The notes below the pieces were generated by a model. It saw nothing but the letters and a program-made list of their open reading frames with translations. It was not told the DNA's origin and did not search any database. This document shows, piece by piece, positions 27,880 to 40,300 of a DNA stretch of 64,000 nucleotides (position 1 is the stretch's first letter; each line of letters begins with the position of its first letter). A program made the translations under genes and the position numbers. Origin of the DNA: Eledone cirrhosa (Eukaryota); NCBI GenBank assembly GCA_964016885.1, contig OZ024748.1:34658001-34722000 (forward strand). Reading direction: 5' to 3'.

Positions 27880-28438
27880 TTGGACAGTAATAACTTCAAC
27901 AATGGCAGATATCCTGGCCATGAAGAAATTATGGAATTTTTACGCAAACTGGGTCTCCTGGTCAACAGTATTGACAATAGGTCATCAATGGACGACGCCG
28001 ACTCAGAATCTGCTGAAAGAATGAAAAAAGTGAACCCTTACAGTTTCCAAGGCTCCAGAGGTAAAAGAATAAACGCAAACAGTTTCATGGGTTCCCGGGG
28101 CAAAAGACTCCTCGTTAACAACAAACGGACTGTCAGTGCTAATACTTTCGTCGGATCAAGAGGTAAACGATTGGTGTCCGTACTCAGTGACAAACCACAA
28201 GTAACTGACCTTATCGATAAAAAATCAGATGCTTTAGCATTCGTCCCGACTAGAGGAAGATCGCAGCAGCTCGATGAGGATCTGGCTTACACGGGTCCCA
28301 TGTTATTGAGAGAAGGCCGAAGAATGAATGCTTTATCGTTTGGACCAACGAGAGGTAAAAAATATAGTGCCGTTGACTTCATTGGATCGAGAGGCAAGAA
28401 AAATAACCTTGAAGATTTTGTGTTAAACAATCGAAATG
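27880..28438 (+). CDS. TKRP: Tachykinin-related peptide precursor, internal exon with six amidated peptides
   Basis: Acceptor TTTCCCTAG after a long (CT)n tract; donor AATG|GTAATT, phase 1. Encodes VNPYSFQGSR, INANSFMGSR, TVSANTFVGSR, SDALAFVPTR, MNALSFGPTR and YSAVDFIGSR, each after a dibasic site and followed by Gly plus basic residue(s). FxGxR-amide is the protostome TKRP signature. Confidence 0.95.
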
Positions 28439-28500
28439 GTAATTTCTCACATTTTATTCTCTGATTGTGCTTACTATTATTCAGGACGTTGTTGAAGTTG

Positions 28501-28547
<47 letters not shown>

Positions 28548-28549
28548 TT

Positions 28550-29496
28550 TATTACAGTTGCATTTATCTTGCTTTATGTTCATACGAGTTATCACCAAGT
28601 CACAACCAGTGACCTCAAGAGACAACAAGGTCCGCCATGTTCAAGAAAGAACATACATACTCACACATGCATCTTTAGTGTTTAGACTTGTGATGTACTT
28701 ATATTGACAGAATCTTCCTTAGTATATGGGCAGTTCCCATTAGTACTATCTTTTGTATTTCTCCTATACGCGGGTTTCCTGGGATTTGCGATAAGTAATA
28801 ATTATACCCCTTAGGTATCATTCCCAGAGCGCCTACAACCACTGGTATTGTTTTAGTTCTCAATTTCCACATTTTTCCAATTTCTATCTCCAGGTCCTTA
28901 TACTTTTTCAAATGTTTTTATAGATACATTCTTGTCGGACATATCAATTAGCGGACATATCAATTAGCGGGCATACCCTCTTTTTAAAGTCCTTCAATAT
29001 TATATCAGGTCTATTTGCATCTATTTTTCGGTCTGTTTGGATGCTAAAGTTCCACAAGATTGAGATGTGATCTTTTTCAAGTATGGGAGGTGGTTGATGC
29101 TCCCACCAATTCTTTTGATGGGGCAGGTCAAAATGCTTACACATTATCCAATGTATGTATTGTGCAGCTCTGTCATGCCTGTTTAGGTATTCGGTTGGAA
29201 CTATAGGACTGCACATTGAAATTATATGGTCAATGGTCTCTGGTTGGTTTTTTGCATACACGGCATAATGGGCTGCATCCATTTTTTATTATGTTGGCTT
29301 GGTAAATTTTTGTTGGCAGACACTGATCTTGTGCTGATATAATCAGTCCTTCAGTCTCCGATTTCAGTCCAGAGGATGCCAACCACTGATGGGTTAAAGT
29401 TTTGTCAACATCAGGATTGTTAGCTCGTTCTGGGTATTTTCCATACAGAGGCTTTTCTTGCCATTTCTTAGCCAGTTTCTGTAGCAGTTCTTTCTT

Positions 29497-29497
<1 letters not shown>
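28550..29497 (-). mobile_element. R4/Dong-like non-LTR retrotransposon, family A, 5'-truncated and degenerate
   Basis: ETIDHIISMC..YLNRHD, IQTDRKIDANRPDI, KYKDL, IPVVVGALG, GTAHILRKILS. A 16-bp duplication (CGGACATATCAATTAG x2, near 28936) shifts the frame. (TAA)n on both sides. Confidence 0.9.
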
Positions 29498-29527
<30 letters not shown>

Positions 29528-29540
29528 TGTTATTGTTATT

Positions 29541-30230
29541 CCTTGAATCTCAGTCATTGATGTTGGTTAACTGGAAAGTCCGTTGGATTGAATATCAAGC
29601 CACTACCTGCAGCCTCAGATATTCAGGACGTATCGGAGGGTTCTTGCTGTTCCAAGCAAGCATGCCTTTTGAAGCGTTCCAAAAAGCGTGAAGGGGCCGA
29701 TTTTCTTTAACCATCCCTGGAAACCTTTGGAGATAGTCCCCAGTGCGCCTATGACAATCGGGATCACTTTGACTTCATGGCAGTTCCAAATCCTTTTCAC
29801 CTCCCACTTTAGGTCCTGGTATCAGTTAATTTTCTCCCTCTCCTTCTCTTGCACTCTCGTGTCGAACGGGCAGGCCACATCCACAATCAGGCACGATCTT
29901 TTTTCTTTGTCCACAACCACCAGGTCAGGTCTACTGTGTTCCAGTTTTTTGTCCTTCTGTATCCTAAAATCCCACAGCACCTTCACCTGACTGTTCTCCA
30001 TCACCGCCTCTGGCCTATGCTCATACCATTTCTCAGAATGTGGTAGATTGTTTACTTTGCACAGGTGCCAGTGGATCACCCTGCCCATCACATCGTGTCT
30101 CCAGCCCTTATAGTGGGTCTGGGCTAGGTGTTTACACTCGGACACAATGTGAGCCACAGTCTCCTCTCTCTCTCCACAGATCCTGCACAGTGGGCTAGCC
30201 TCCTCCTTGTAGATATGGTGCTTCAACCAC
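29541..30230 (-). mobile_element. R4/Dong-like element, family B, 3' fragment
   Basis: Zinc knuckle [18 protein letters not shown] and endonuclease RPDLVV..IVDV. Closely similar to 53317-54010, including the 3' UTR. In-frame stop at 29822. Confidence 0.92.
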
Positions 30231-30429
30231 TGATGGGTTAAAGTTTTGTCAACATCACTGATCTTGTGCTGATATAATCAGTCCTTCAGTCTCCGATTTC
30301 AGTCCAGAGGATGCCAACCACTGATGGGTTAAAGTTTTGTCAACATCAGGATTGTTAGCTCGTTCTGGGTATTTTCCATACAGAGGCTTTTCTTGCCATT
30401 TCTTAGCCAGTTTCTGTAGCAGTTCTTTC

Positions 30430-30432
<3 letters not shown>
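30224..30432 (-). mobile_element. Templated duplication of the adjacent family A sequence
   Basis: 30224-30257 equals 29380-29413, and 30256-30432 equals 29321-29497. Confidence 0.92.
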
Positions 30433-30493
<61 letters not shown>

Positions 30494-30924
30494 GTTTGAC
30501 CAATTATAAAGTTACTTTGGACCGGTTATTTTAGGGAATACCGAGCTACAACTAGTAACCTTGGGTAACTCACATTTTTCCCTATCAAAGAAAGCATTAT
30601 TACTATTACTGTTGTTGTTGTTATTCATGGTTTACATAGTATCTAAGACGATATGTGCAGTGCCCTACAGGGCACTCTTTTGTAGATTATATATATATAT
30701 ATATATGCAAACAGTGTTGGTGTGAACATTTACACTCAGTGCAGCTGCAGATCTAAAAAAGATAACGAAAGAAGTTGAAAGTGATAAAACTTGTGAGAAT
30801 TCTGTCTCTGTAATCTTCTATTTCTGGTCCCAGCAGAGTTTTCTTTAGATGAAAATATCAGTGTTGTTCAAGCTAAGGTTATCCATCATCAACAGATGTT
30901 ATTATATGTGGAAGTGTGTAGTTC

Positions 30925-31110
30925 GGTGGATCGGCAGGATCGGCAGAGTGTCGGAGATATTGCTTTATGACAGTTGCGACTTCCTATGTTCTGAGTTCAA
31001 ATTCCACCGAGGTCAGCTTTGCTGGTCAAAATAAAGTACCAGTCAAATACTGGGGTCGATATAAACAATTTTGTCCCTTCCCACAAACTATTTGCTGTGT
31101 CAAAGTTAGA
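30925..31110 (+). mobile_element. Family 1 SINE, diverged
   Basis: CGGTGGATCGGCAGGATCGGCAGAG...CTGAGTTCAAATTCCACCGAGGTCAGCTTTGC...AATAAAGTACCAGT. Confidence 0.75.
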
Positions 31111-31265
31111 AGGCCATATGTAAATGTGTGTATGAATGAGTATATGTGAGTGTATGAGAGTGTGTGTGTGTACGTGTGTGAGTGAGTGTGTGTTTGCGTG
31201 TATGTGTGTAAGTATGTGTGTGTGTGTAGGTGCATGAGTGTGTGAGTGTGAGTAATTGAATGTGA

Positions 31266-31400
31266 GTGGCGTAGTTATTTAGAGTATTCGACTCTCAATC
31301 GTAAGATAGTGAGTTCGATTCCTGGTGGTACATAGTCTCATTGGATGAGATATTTTATTTCACGTTGCTCAAGTCCACATAGATAAAAACAATAGTTGCA
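31266..31400 (+). mobile_element. Old tRNA-derived SINE of a second family
   Basis: tRNA-like head GTGGCGTAGTT...GAGTTCGATTCC. TTTATTTCACGTTGCTC is shared with a fragment near 24880. Confidence 0.55.
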
Positions 31401-31423
31401 GGGTTAGCGGTGTGTGCGTATAC

Positions 31424-31474
<51 letters not shown>

Positions 31475-31515
31475 GTATACACACACACACACATGCATGC
31501 ATATATACACATACC

Positions 31516-31561
<46 letters not shown>

Positions 31562-31571
31562 CACATATATA

Positions 31572-31649
31572 CAGGGTGTCCCAAAACTGTATACACACTT
31601 CAACAGCATATTCTAATAAAAGTGTGTATACATTTTGGGGAACACCCTG
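31572..31649. mobile_element. 78-bp Tc1/mariner-type MITE
   Basis: TA|CAGGGTGTCCCAAAACTGTATACACACTT ... AAGTGTGTATACATTTTGGGGAACACCCTG|TA: terminal inverted repeats of about 29 bp and TA flanks. Confidence 0.85.
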
Positions 31650-31709
31650 TATATATATACATAATTACCCACGCAATCCCCCCCCCCCACACACACACAT
31701 ATCTATCTA

Positions 31710-31747
<38 letters not shown>

Positions 31748-31820
31748 TACATATATATATATATATACATAATTACCCACGCAATCCCCCCCCCCACACA
31801 TACACACGTATCTATCTATC

Positions 31821-31856
<36 letters not shown>

Positions 31857-32174
31857 TATATAAATATATATATACGCAGAAGATCAATTTCATTCGCGAC
31901 TGAACTCGAAGTGATAACCTACACTTGAGTGGTAGAGTAAAGAGATTCTTTTACATGGTTTCATAGTTGAACAAGAGACAAGAAAACCAAGTAAATCCCA
32001 ACATAATATTTACAAGCCAATAAAAGAGAACCATTGTGCTAAGACGGTCACAGGCCGATGGAACTTCTTTCAAATATTAACATCTATTCAAATTAATCAA
32101 TGCACCATCTTACACACACACACACACACACACTCTTTCTCACGCGCGCACTATATATATATATATATATATTT

Positions 32175-32213
<39 letters not shown>

Positions 32214-32304
32214 TCTATACATATTCTTTCGAATATGTTAACCTACCCACCAACCATGTCCAACACCACCTACAAGAATCTCCATCACCAGCATTCACCA
32301 CTGC

Positions 32305-32750
32305 TCCACCGCCACTACCACCACCCCACCGCCACTATCACCACCCCACCGCCACTACCACCACCCCACCGCCACTATCACCACCCCACCGCCACTACCA
32401 CCACCCCACCGCCACTATCACCACCCCACCGCCACTACCACCACCCCACCGCCACTATCACCACCCCACCGCCACTACCACCACCCCACCGCCACTATCA
32501 CCACCCCACCGCCACTACCACCACCCCACCGCCACTATCACCACCCCACCGCCACTACCACCACCCCACCGCCACTATCACCACCCCACCGCCACTACCA
32601 CCACCCCACCGCCACTATCACCACCCCACCGCCACTACCACCACCCCACCGCCACTACCACCACCCCACCGCCACTATCACCACCCCACCGCCACTACCA
32701 CCACCCCACCGCCACTATCACCACCCCACCGCCGCTACAGCCACCACCCA
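32305..32750. repeat. 20-bp minisatellite CCACCCCACCGCCACTAYCA, about 21 copies
   Basis: C and T variants mostly alternate, giving a 40-bp dimer. Confidence 0.95.
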
Positions 32751-33284
32751 ATCGTCCAAAACTAATATTACCACTAAAAAGATCTTGTGAAATCAATGGC
32801 CACAGTCCGTGTAACAGCGTAACAACCAGTATGGCGTCCTGAATGTAAGCAGAGATGGTGTAGTGTACAGTGAGAGAGAGGGAGAGGGGAGCGAGAGGGA
32901 GAAGGAGGGAGAGAGAGTGTAAGAGAGAGAGTGAGAGAGAGAGGGAGTGAGTGAGAGAGAGGGAGGGAGAGGGAGAGAGTGTGAGAGTGAGAGAGAGAGT
33001 GAAAGAGAGTGAGAGATAGGGGAGGAGACAGTGCGTGAGAGAGAGAGAATGAAAGATATATATAAATATATATATAAACACAATTATACATACATGTGTT
33101 TTATACACACACAAATATATGTATATGTGTGTGTGCGCAGGCATAATCGTGTGTTTAAGAAGTTCTATTCGCTACAATATGGCTCTTGGTTCGGTCCCAT
33201 TGCGTGGCACCTTCAGCAAGTATCTTCTGTTACAATCTCAGTTTGATCAATTCTTTGCGAGATATATTGGGTTGACAAGAACTG

Positions 33285-33323
<39 letters not shown>

Positions 33324-33635
33324 GGGTGAGGGGTGCATGCATTTACATGTATGTATGTATAGTTCCGTAACTGCGAGGCGGGGTGCAAACAACAAACGGA
33401 AATAACAAAGAAAACGACAGCGTAATGAAGAAGTACATTAGTTTTACACTTGATAAAGTAGAGAAAGATTGTAAACGTTTTGGACACTAGCCCTTCATCA
33501 GAAATAGAATGAGAAATTAAAGAAGAAATATTAAAATAGAGGAGAGTGAGCAATGGCAGAAACGAAAAAAAATTCTTAAAGGAATAACAGGTCTACACAT
33601 ATAAGGGAAATGTGTGTGTATGTGCGCGCGTATGT

Positions 33636-33711
<76 letters not shown>

Positions 33712-33722
33712 GTGCGTGTGTG

Positions 33723-33757
<35 letters not shown>

Positions 33758-33884
33758 ATGTGTGTGTATACATATGTTTATGAATATGTATATATAGATT
33801 CTAAACGCGATATATATATATACATATTAGTGTTGCAGAAATCTAAAATAGATACAAATCTATATATGCGTCTCTCTCTCGCCC

Positions 33885-33979
<95 letters not shown>

Positions 33980-34061
33980 ATATATATATATACATATAGT
34001 TGAATAAATGAACAGAGAACGAAAAACAGAGAGGCAGTACAAATGATATGGTTTTTAGTTT

Positions 34062-34120
<59 letters not shown>

Positions 34121-34121
34121 A

Positions 34122-34155
<34 letters not shown>

Positions 34156-34799
34156 ATATAAAACAATTTAATCACAGCAGACGATCAATTGGCTGTGCCA
34201 AAATTCATTCAAATTCAGTCAATTGTTGGAAACACGGAGAAATATTATACTTTCTTGAAAGTTCTTTGATTTGGCATTCATTGTTATAACACGCTGACTC
34301 ACACACACACACACACACACATACATACATGTGTGCGCGCACAGACACACACATACACACACACAAACACACACATACATATATTCATATATACATATAT
34401 ATGCATGTACATGTATTGAGAGAGAGATAAATATCTATACATATGTACATGCATATATATAATTATACATGCATATATATATATATACATATATATACAT
34501 ATGGATACATATACATATACATATATACACACATATATATATATCATCGGGACCAAAGTTTATGGAAGTCAATACATTTAATGCTATGAAACTATTTATC
34601 ATATATATTAGTTGAATATGACATCTACTGTTCCATGACCTTAGGTTTCATGTCTACAGCAAGTTCCTTCATTATCCTTTCTACACGGAGTTGCTTTGTT
34701 TCCAGATATTCTTCTAACTATTGATGTATGCAATGAAATTGTTAAATTTGTTATCGTTGTAAAACTTATTGTTAGCCATCAATAGATATCACCACCTAC

Positions 34800-34890
<91 letters not shown>

Positions 34891-35338
34891 GTGTATGTGT
34901 GTGTGTGTGTGCATGTGTGTGTGTGTGCATGTGTGTGTGTGTGCGTGTGTGTATGTGTGTGTGTGTGTGTGTGTAAAGAGAAATAACAAAGCAAACAACA
35001 GAGTACAATGAAGAAATATATTAGTTTAACGCTTGATATAGTAGGAGTGTTAAGGTTAGGGTTAGTGTGAAGGAGTGGCCAATACGAAAAGAATGGTTCG
35101 TACCTGTGAGGGGGGTGAGGTTTGTAATGTAAGGCCAGGTATTACAGTGGGTGGGGGGTGCAAGGACGGGAGCGAGGGCGAGTCTTGAGGGAGGAGGAGA
35201 AGGAACGTTTAAAGGCGGAGATGGGTGGATTAGGAAAGAAGCGAGAAGTGACGAGTTCAGAAAGGGGGGGTGGGTGTGGAAACAATATATACATATACAC
35301 ACACACATATGCATATATATATAGATAGATAGATAGAT

Positions 35339-35389
<51 letters not shown>

Positions 35390-35552
35390 TATATGTGTAT
35401 ATATATATATATATTATATATACATATGTCGATTCAATTTGGATTGCCTCGGAAACATAACCTTATTATGTAAAAAGCTGTCTGACGATGTCGCGACACT
35501 GGCGCACGGAACAGTGTGACCACTGTCGCCATTGAAATATACATCACAGCAT

Positions 35553-35742
35553 TAGTGGATTGGCAGTATCGGTAGAGGGTCGGACGCCATGCTTTCGAAC
35601 ATAGTTACGTCCCTTTGCGATCTGAGTTCAAATCCCGCCGAGGTTGACTTTGCTTTTCATAATTACAGGGTCGATAAAATAAAGTACCAGTAATGCACTG
35701 GGTAATTGCTGGCCTTGTGCCTAAAGTAGAAACAATTATTAT
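35553..35742 (+). mobile_element. Full-length family 1 SINE
   Basis: Near-identical reverse complement of 22718-22900, with an ATT tail. Confidence 0.92.
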
Positions 35743-36086
35743 TAAAAGACTTGAACATCTGAAACTACTTCGCTTTTCCTTATTCTATATATATATATAT
35801 ATGAATATTATTGCGAAAACACACTGAGACGATGGTTAAACAATCCCTACAGTTTTATTTGCTGTGTAATTAAGTTATTAAATAGTTGATTAATGAACTA
35901 ATTAATTAATTGTTAATTTTCTTTCGTCACATCATATTTCCTTATCGATGACTTTTACCTCTCTTTCTCACTTATTCAACACTTATTCCATTTTTACTGA
36001 TTTCAGCTTTCATTAATTTTGCTATATCTAGTATTAGGTGATTACTTTTCTTTTTCTTATTACATAAAGTTTTCGCAATAATATTC

Positions 36087-36256
<170 letters not shown>

Positions 36257-36323
36257 CTCTCTCTGATATTATCTTTTCTCCAAGAAGAAGTCTCTTGTTT
36301 ATGTTTTCTATGTGTTACTTCTA

Positions 36324-36368
36324 ACTGTCTGAAGAGGTCATAGCTATCACCGAAATATATATAACGGT
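36324..36368 (+). ncRNA. Minimal type I hammerhead ribozyme motif (Penelope-like element type)
   Basis: ACTGT-CTGAAGA-GGTcatagctatcACC-GAAA-TATATA-TA-ACGGT: complete core, stem I (5 bp, one G-U), stem II and a palindromic stem III. Lies in a unique island of about 160 bp (36255-36412) between (TA)n tracts. Confidence 0.65.
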
Positions 36369-36755
36369 AATGAAAGAAGTAAATTATGAAATGTTGACTT
36401 ATACCTCTTGTTTTATATATATATATATGTGTATATATATATGTATATATATGTGTGTGTGTGTGTGTGTACATGTGTGCGCGTCTGTGTGTGTATAAAA
36501 CTATATTCATGTATACATGTGTGTGTATGCTTTCTCATATATACATACATGAAACACACATATAATTATGCCCAGCCAGCGTATGAGTATGTGTGTAAGT
36601 GTACATGTATGTGTGTATTTACAATCTAAAATCAGTGTATTTATATTACTTGTTATATAAGGATTATACCATACACAGAGAGAGAGGGAGATAGAGAGTC
36701 AGGCAAAAATATAGAAAGAGTGACATGAAGTGAAATAAATAGACGTATGTATTTG

Positions 36756-36790
<35 letters not shown>

Positions 36791-37280
36791 GTGTGTGTGT
36801 TTAAAGATATCTGTTTCCATCTTTCCTGGCATCACGCGAAGATTTCACGCCAAATTTCGCTTCCATGATCTCATGCCTGACCATATCCACTGACAGCAAT
36901 ATATCAGTTCACAAACACACTGCCATCAATATCTTCGTCTCCAGATCTGGCAGACGATAAGACGAACAGACGACAGTGTGGGGTAGGAGGAGTGGGAAGA
37001 GGAGGAGAGTAGGTAGAAGAGAGAGGAGTATGTAGGTGAATATAGAGAGAAGGTAAAGGAGAAGATGTAGAAGAATGATGAGAAGATAAATATAACAATA
37101 AGACGGAATCCATGAATATTAAAATATCTGCTGACAACAATATCGTTCTCTTATTGTTTTCTATTGGCTTGCGGGTTTTTTAATAGGTTTTTTTTATCAG
37201 TTTCCTCACATACCTGTGTGTGTGTAAACTTGAGACAACATGGAGAGAATAATGTTAGATATTTGGTTATAGTTGTGAAG

Positions 37281-37328
<48 letters not shown>

Positions 37329-37339
37329 AATTCCATTTT

Positions 37340-37400
<61 letters not shown>

Positions 37401-37705
37401 GGGGTGAGAGAGAGAGGGGGAGAGCGAGAGAGAAATATTTACACAAATTCGCAGTACACAATAGTATACAATAGAGTTTATTTCAAGCATTTACGTTTCA
37501 TTGACATAACTCGATGATGGTGACCAGTTCCTCTTTTCGGGTAGTGTTTTTCATGCTCAGAGATTGGGATTGGTCGGGTGAAAGGCTTTTCCCCACTTAA
37601 AGAATAGGCATTGCTTGTTCTGGGATATGTTAAAGGTTCGTGTGGCTGGCCGTAGCAAATTCTATAATCTGACAAACGATTGCAATACTCTTAGCAGAAT
37701 TTGCA

Positions 37706-37744
<39 letters not shown>

Positions 37745-37980
37745 AATCAGTCCAAACAATTCCCATATATAGATACTCATATCTAACCATCTAATGTCTA
37801 TATCCGAGTATATATATACGTGTTTCACTACGTATATATACACATATACACAAATGTACAGACCATTATACTCCGTTACATAAATAAAAGCATATCTATG
37901 CATGCATGCACATACATACATACATACATACATACATACATACATACATACATACATACATACATACATACATACATACA

Positions 37981-38586
37981 TGGTGGCTGCCAACTCGTTT
38001 TCGAGTACGGCCACTACTTTATATCCATGTAGGAGAACCCCTACCGATGCGCTGAACGAGTGACTTTTTAGTCCAGCCAGCGACTTGAAAACTCTGGTAC
38101 AAACACTACACTTGTGACAATTATTGACACATAGTGCTTTGCCTTTGGTACCATGTGACGACAAGTGCAGAGAGATCTCCAGATACAAAGCAATGCCTGT
38201 GCCGTGAAGCTTTTATAGTGAGCAAAGGCACTGCACAAAGCCAGTCCCACTCTCTTAACCAAGATGATATTTACCAAAAAGAAGAACAAGTCAACATCAT
38301 TGGATACCATCAGGGTTGCAGGTGTTATATCAGAGTTTTCCTTCTCCTAGAATTCTGCCTTGACAAAGGCTAAGGGGTCATCTCTCCCACTGATTTTGGA
38401 TAGCCATTGACTCTTAAGAGCTCCTTTGCCCTTTGACAGGTTTTGTTTTTAGTCCTGCAGGATGTCCAAAGTCACCCTCCTCACCAAGAAACCTTGGTGG
38501 GGTTGCCAGTTTAGTCGCCAACGACCCGACCATGAGACAGGTTGTACTGGGATACATGTTACCAGTAGCACCAAGTGGTGACCTGA
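37981..38586 (-). mobile_element. Non-autonomous RTE-derived retroelement, copy 1 (longest)
   Basis: One of three similar copies. The 3' part translates to CSVCTRVFKSLAGLKSH, like the C-terminal zinc finger of RTE LINEs; ends in (ATGT)n. Confidence 0.75.
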
Positions 38587-38628
38587 CATACATACATACA
38601 TACATACATACATACATACATACATACA

Positions 38629-38659
<31 letters not shown>

Positions 38660-38800
38660 GTACATACATATGTACATACATACATACATACGTACATATA
38701 TACATATATACATATACACATACATACATACATACATACATACATACATACATACATACATACATACATACATACATACATACATACATACATACATACA

Positions 38801-39258
38801 TAGTGGCTGCCAACTCATTTTCGAGTACGGCCACTACTTTATATCCATGTAGGAGAACCCCTACCGATGCGCTGAACGAGTGTGACTTTTTAGTCCAGCC
38901 AGCGACTTGAAAACTCTAGTACAAACACTACACTTGTGACAATTATTGACACATAGTGCTGGGCCTATGGTACCATGTGACGACAAGTGCAGAGAGATCT
39001 CCAGATATAAAGCAATGCCTGTGCCGTGAAGCTTTTATAGTGAGCAAAGGCACTGCACAAAGCCAGTCCCACTCTCTTAACCAAGATGATATTTACCAAA
39101 GAGAAGAACAGATCAACATCATTTGATACCATCAGGGTTGCAGGTGTTATATCAGAGTTTTCCTTCTCCTAGAATTCTGCCTTGACAAAGGCTAAGGGGT
39201 CATCTCTCCCGGTGATTTTGGATGGCTATTGACTCTTAAGAGCCCCTTTGCCTTTTGA
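38801..39258 (-). mobile_element. Same element, copy 2 (5'-truncated)
   Basis: High similarity to 37981-38437; flanked by (CATA)n. Confidence 0.8.
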
Positions 39259-39294
39259 TACATACATACATACATACATACATACATACATACA

Positions 39295-39863
39295 TGGTGG
39301 CTGCCAACTCGTTTTCGAGTACGGCCACTACTTTATATCCATGTAAGAGAACCCCTACCGATGCGCTGAACGAGTGTGACTTTTTAGTGCAGCCAGCGAC
39401 TTGAAAACTCTGGTACAAACACTACACTTGTGACAATTATTGACACATAATGCTGGGCCCATGGTACCATGTGGCGACAAGTGCAGAGAGATCTCCAGAT
39501 GTAAAGCAATGCCTGTGACGTGAAGCTTTTATAGTGAGCAAAGGCACTGCACAAAGCCAGTCCCACTCTCTTAACCAAGATGATATTTACCAAAAAGAAA
39601 AACAAGTCAACATCATTGGATACCATCAGGGTTGCAGGTGTTATATCAGAGTTTCCCTTCTCCTAGAATTCTGCCTTGACAAAGGTTAAGGGGTCATCTC
39701 TCCCGGTGATTTTGGATGAGAGCTCCTTTGCCATTTGACAGGTTTTGTTTTTAGTCCTGCAAGATATCTAAAGTCACCCTCCTCACCAAGAAACCTTGGT
39801 GGGGTTGCCAGTTTAATCGCCAACGACCCGACCATGAGACAGGTTGTACTGGGATACATGTTA
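39295..39863 (-). mobile_element. Same element, copy 3
   Basis: High similarity to copy 1, with a small internal deletion; flanked by (CATA)n. Confidence 0.8.
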
Positions 39864-39882
39864 CATACATACATACATACAT

Positions 39883-40300
39883 ACGAACTGATGAGAAATC
39901 TGCAGATACTGCACCCTGATTACACCTTCAGATTTATGCCTGTGAATATTGGGGCACTGGGATATGTTAGTAACTGCCTCAATACAAATCTTGAGAAGCT
40001 AGGCTTCACAGGAACAGAAAGAACACAACTAGTTAGGAAATTACAAGTACAATCCATTAATGGAACAGTAAAAATATGTAAAACATTCCAAAAATTTTGC
40101 ATCCAATAACTGCATATACACATGTACAGATACAAAGCATATACACATGCACACATACAACTCAAAACATACACATCCACACATACAACATCCATATCTA
40201 CACATACATGCATACATATTTACCTAGTTGATGTTGTGTAAATTCCAGAGTCTTGTGTCTATGTTAGAAACCGATTCTCTCTCTATTGGGAAAAAGAAGA
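39883..40300 (+). mobile_element. 3' fragment of a further restriction-like-endonuclease non-LTR family
   Basis: YELMRNLQILHPDYTFRFMPVNIGALGYVSNCLNTNLEKLGF...LQVQSINGTVKICKTF* has the P..IGALG motif also seen in the Dong-like copies. (TACA)n on both sides. Confidence 0.7.

Noticed and set aside
27880-28464. The 194 aa ORF as a complete single-exon gene
   Set aside because: It starts at TTG directly after an AG acceptor, lacks a signal peptide and has a phase-matched downstream exon.
35553-35640. tRNA genes at the A/B-box motifs
   Set aside because: No full cloverleaf; the heads run into a shared SINE body and tail.
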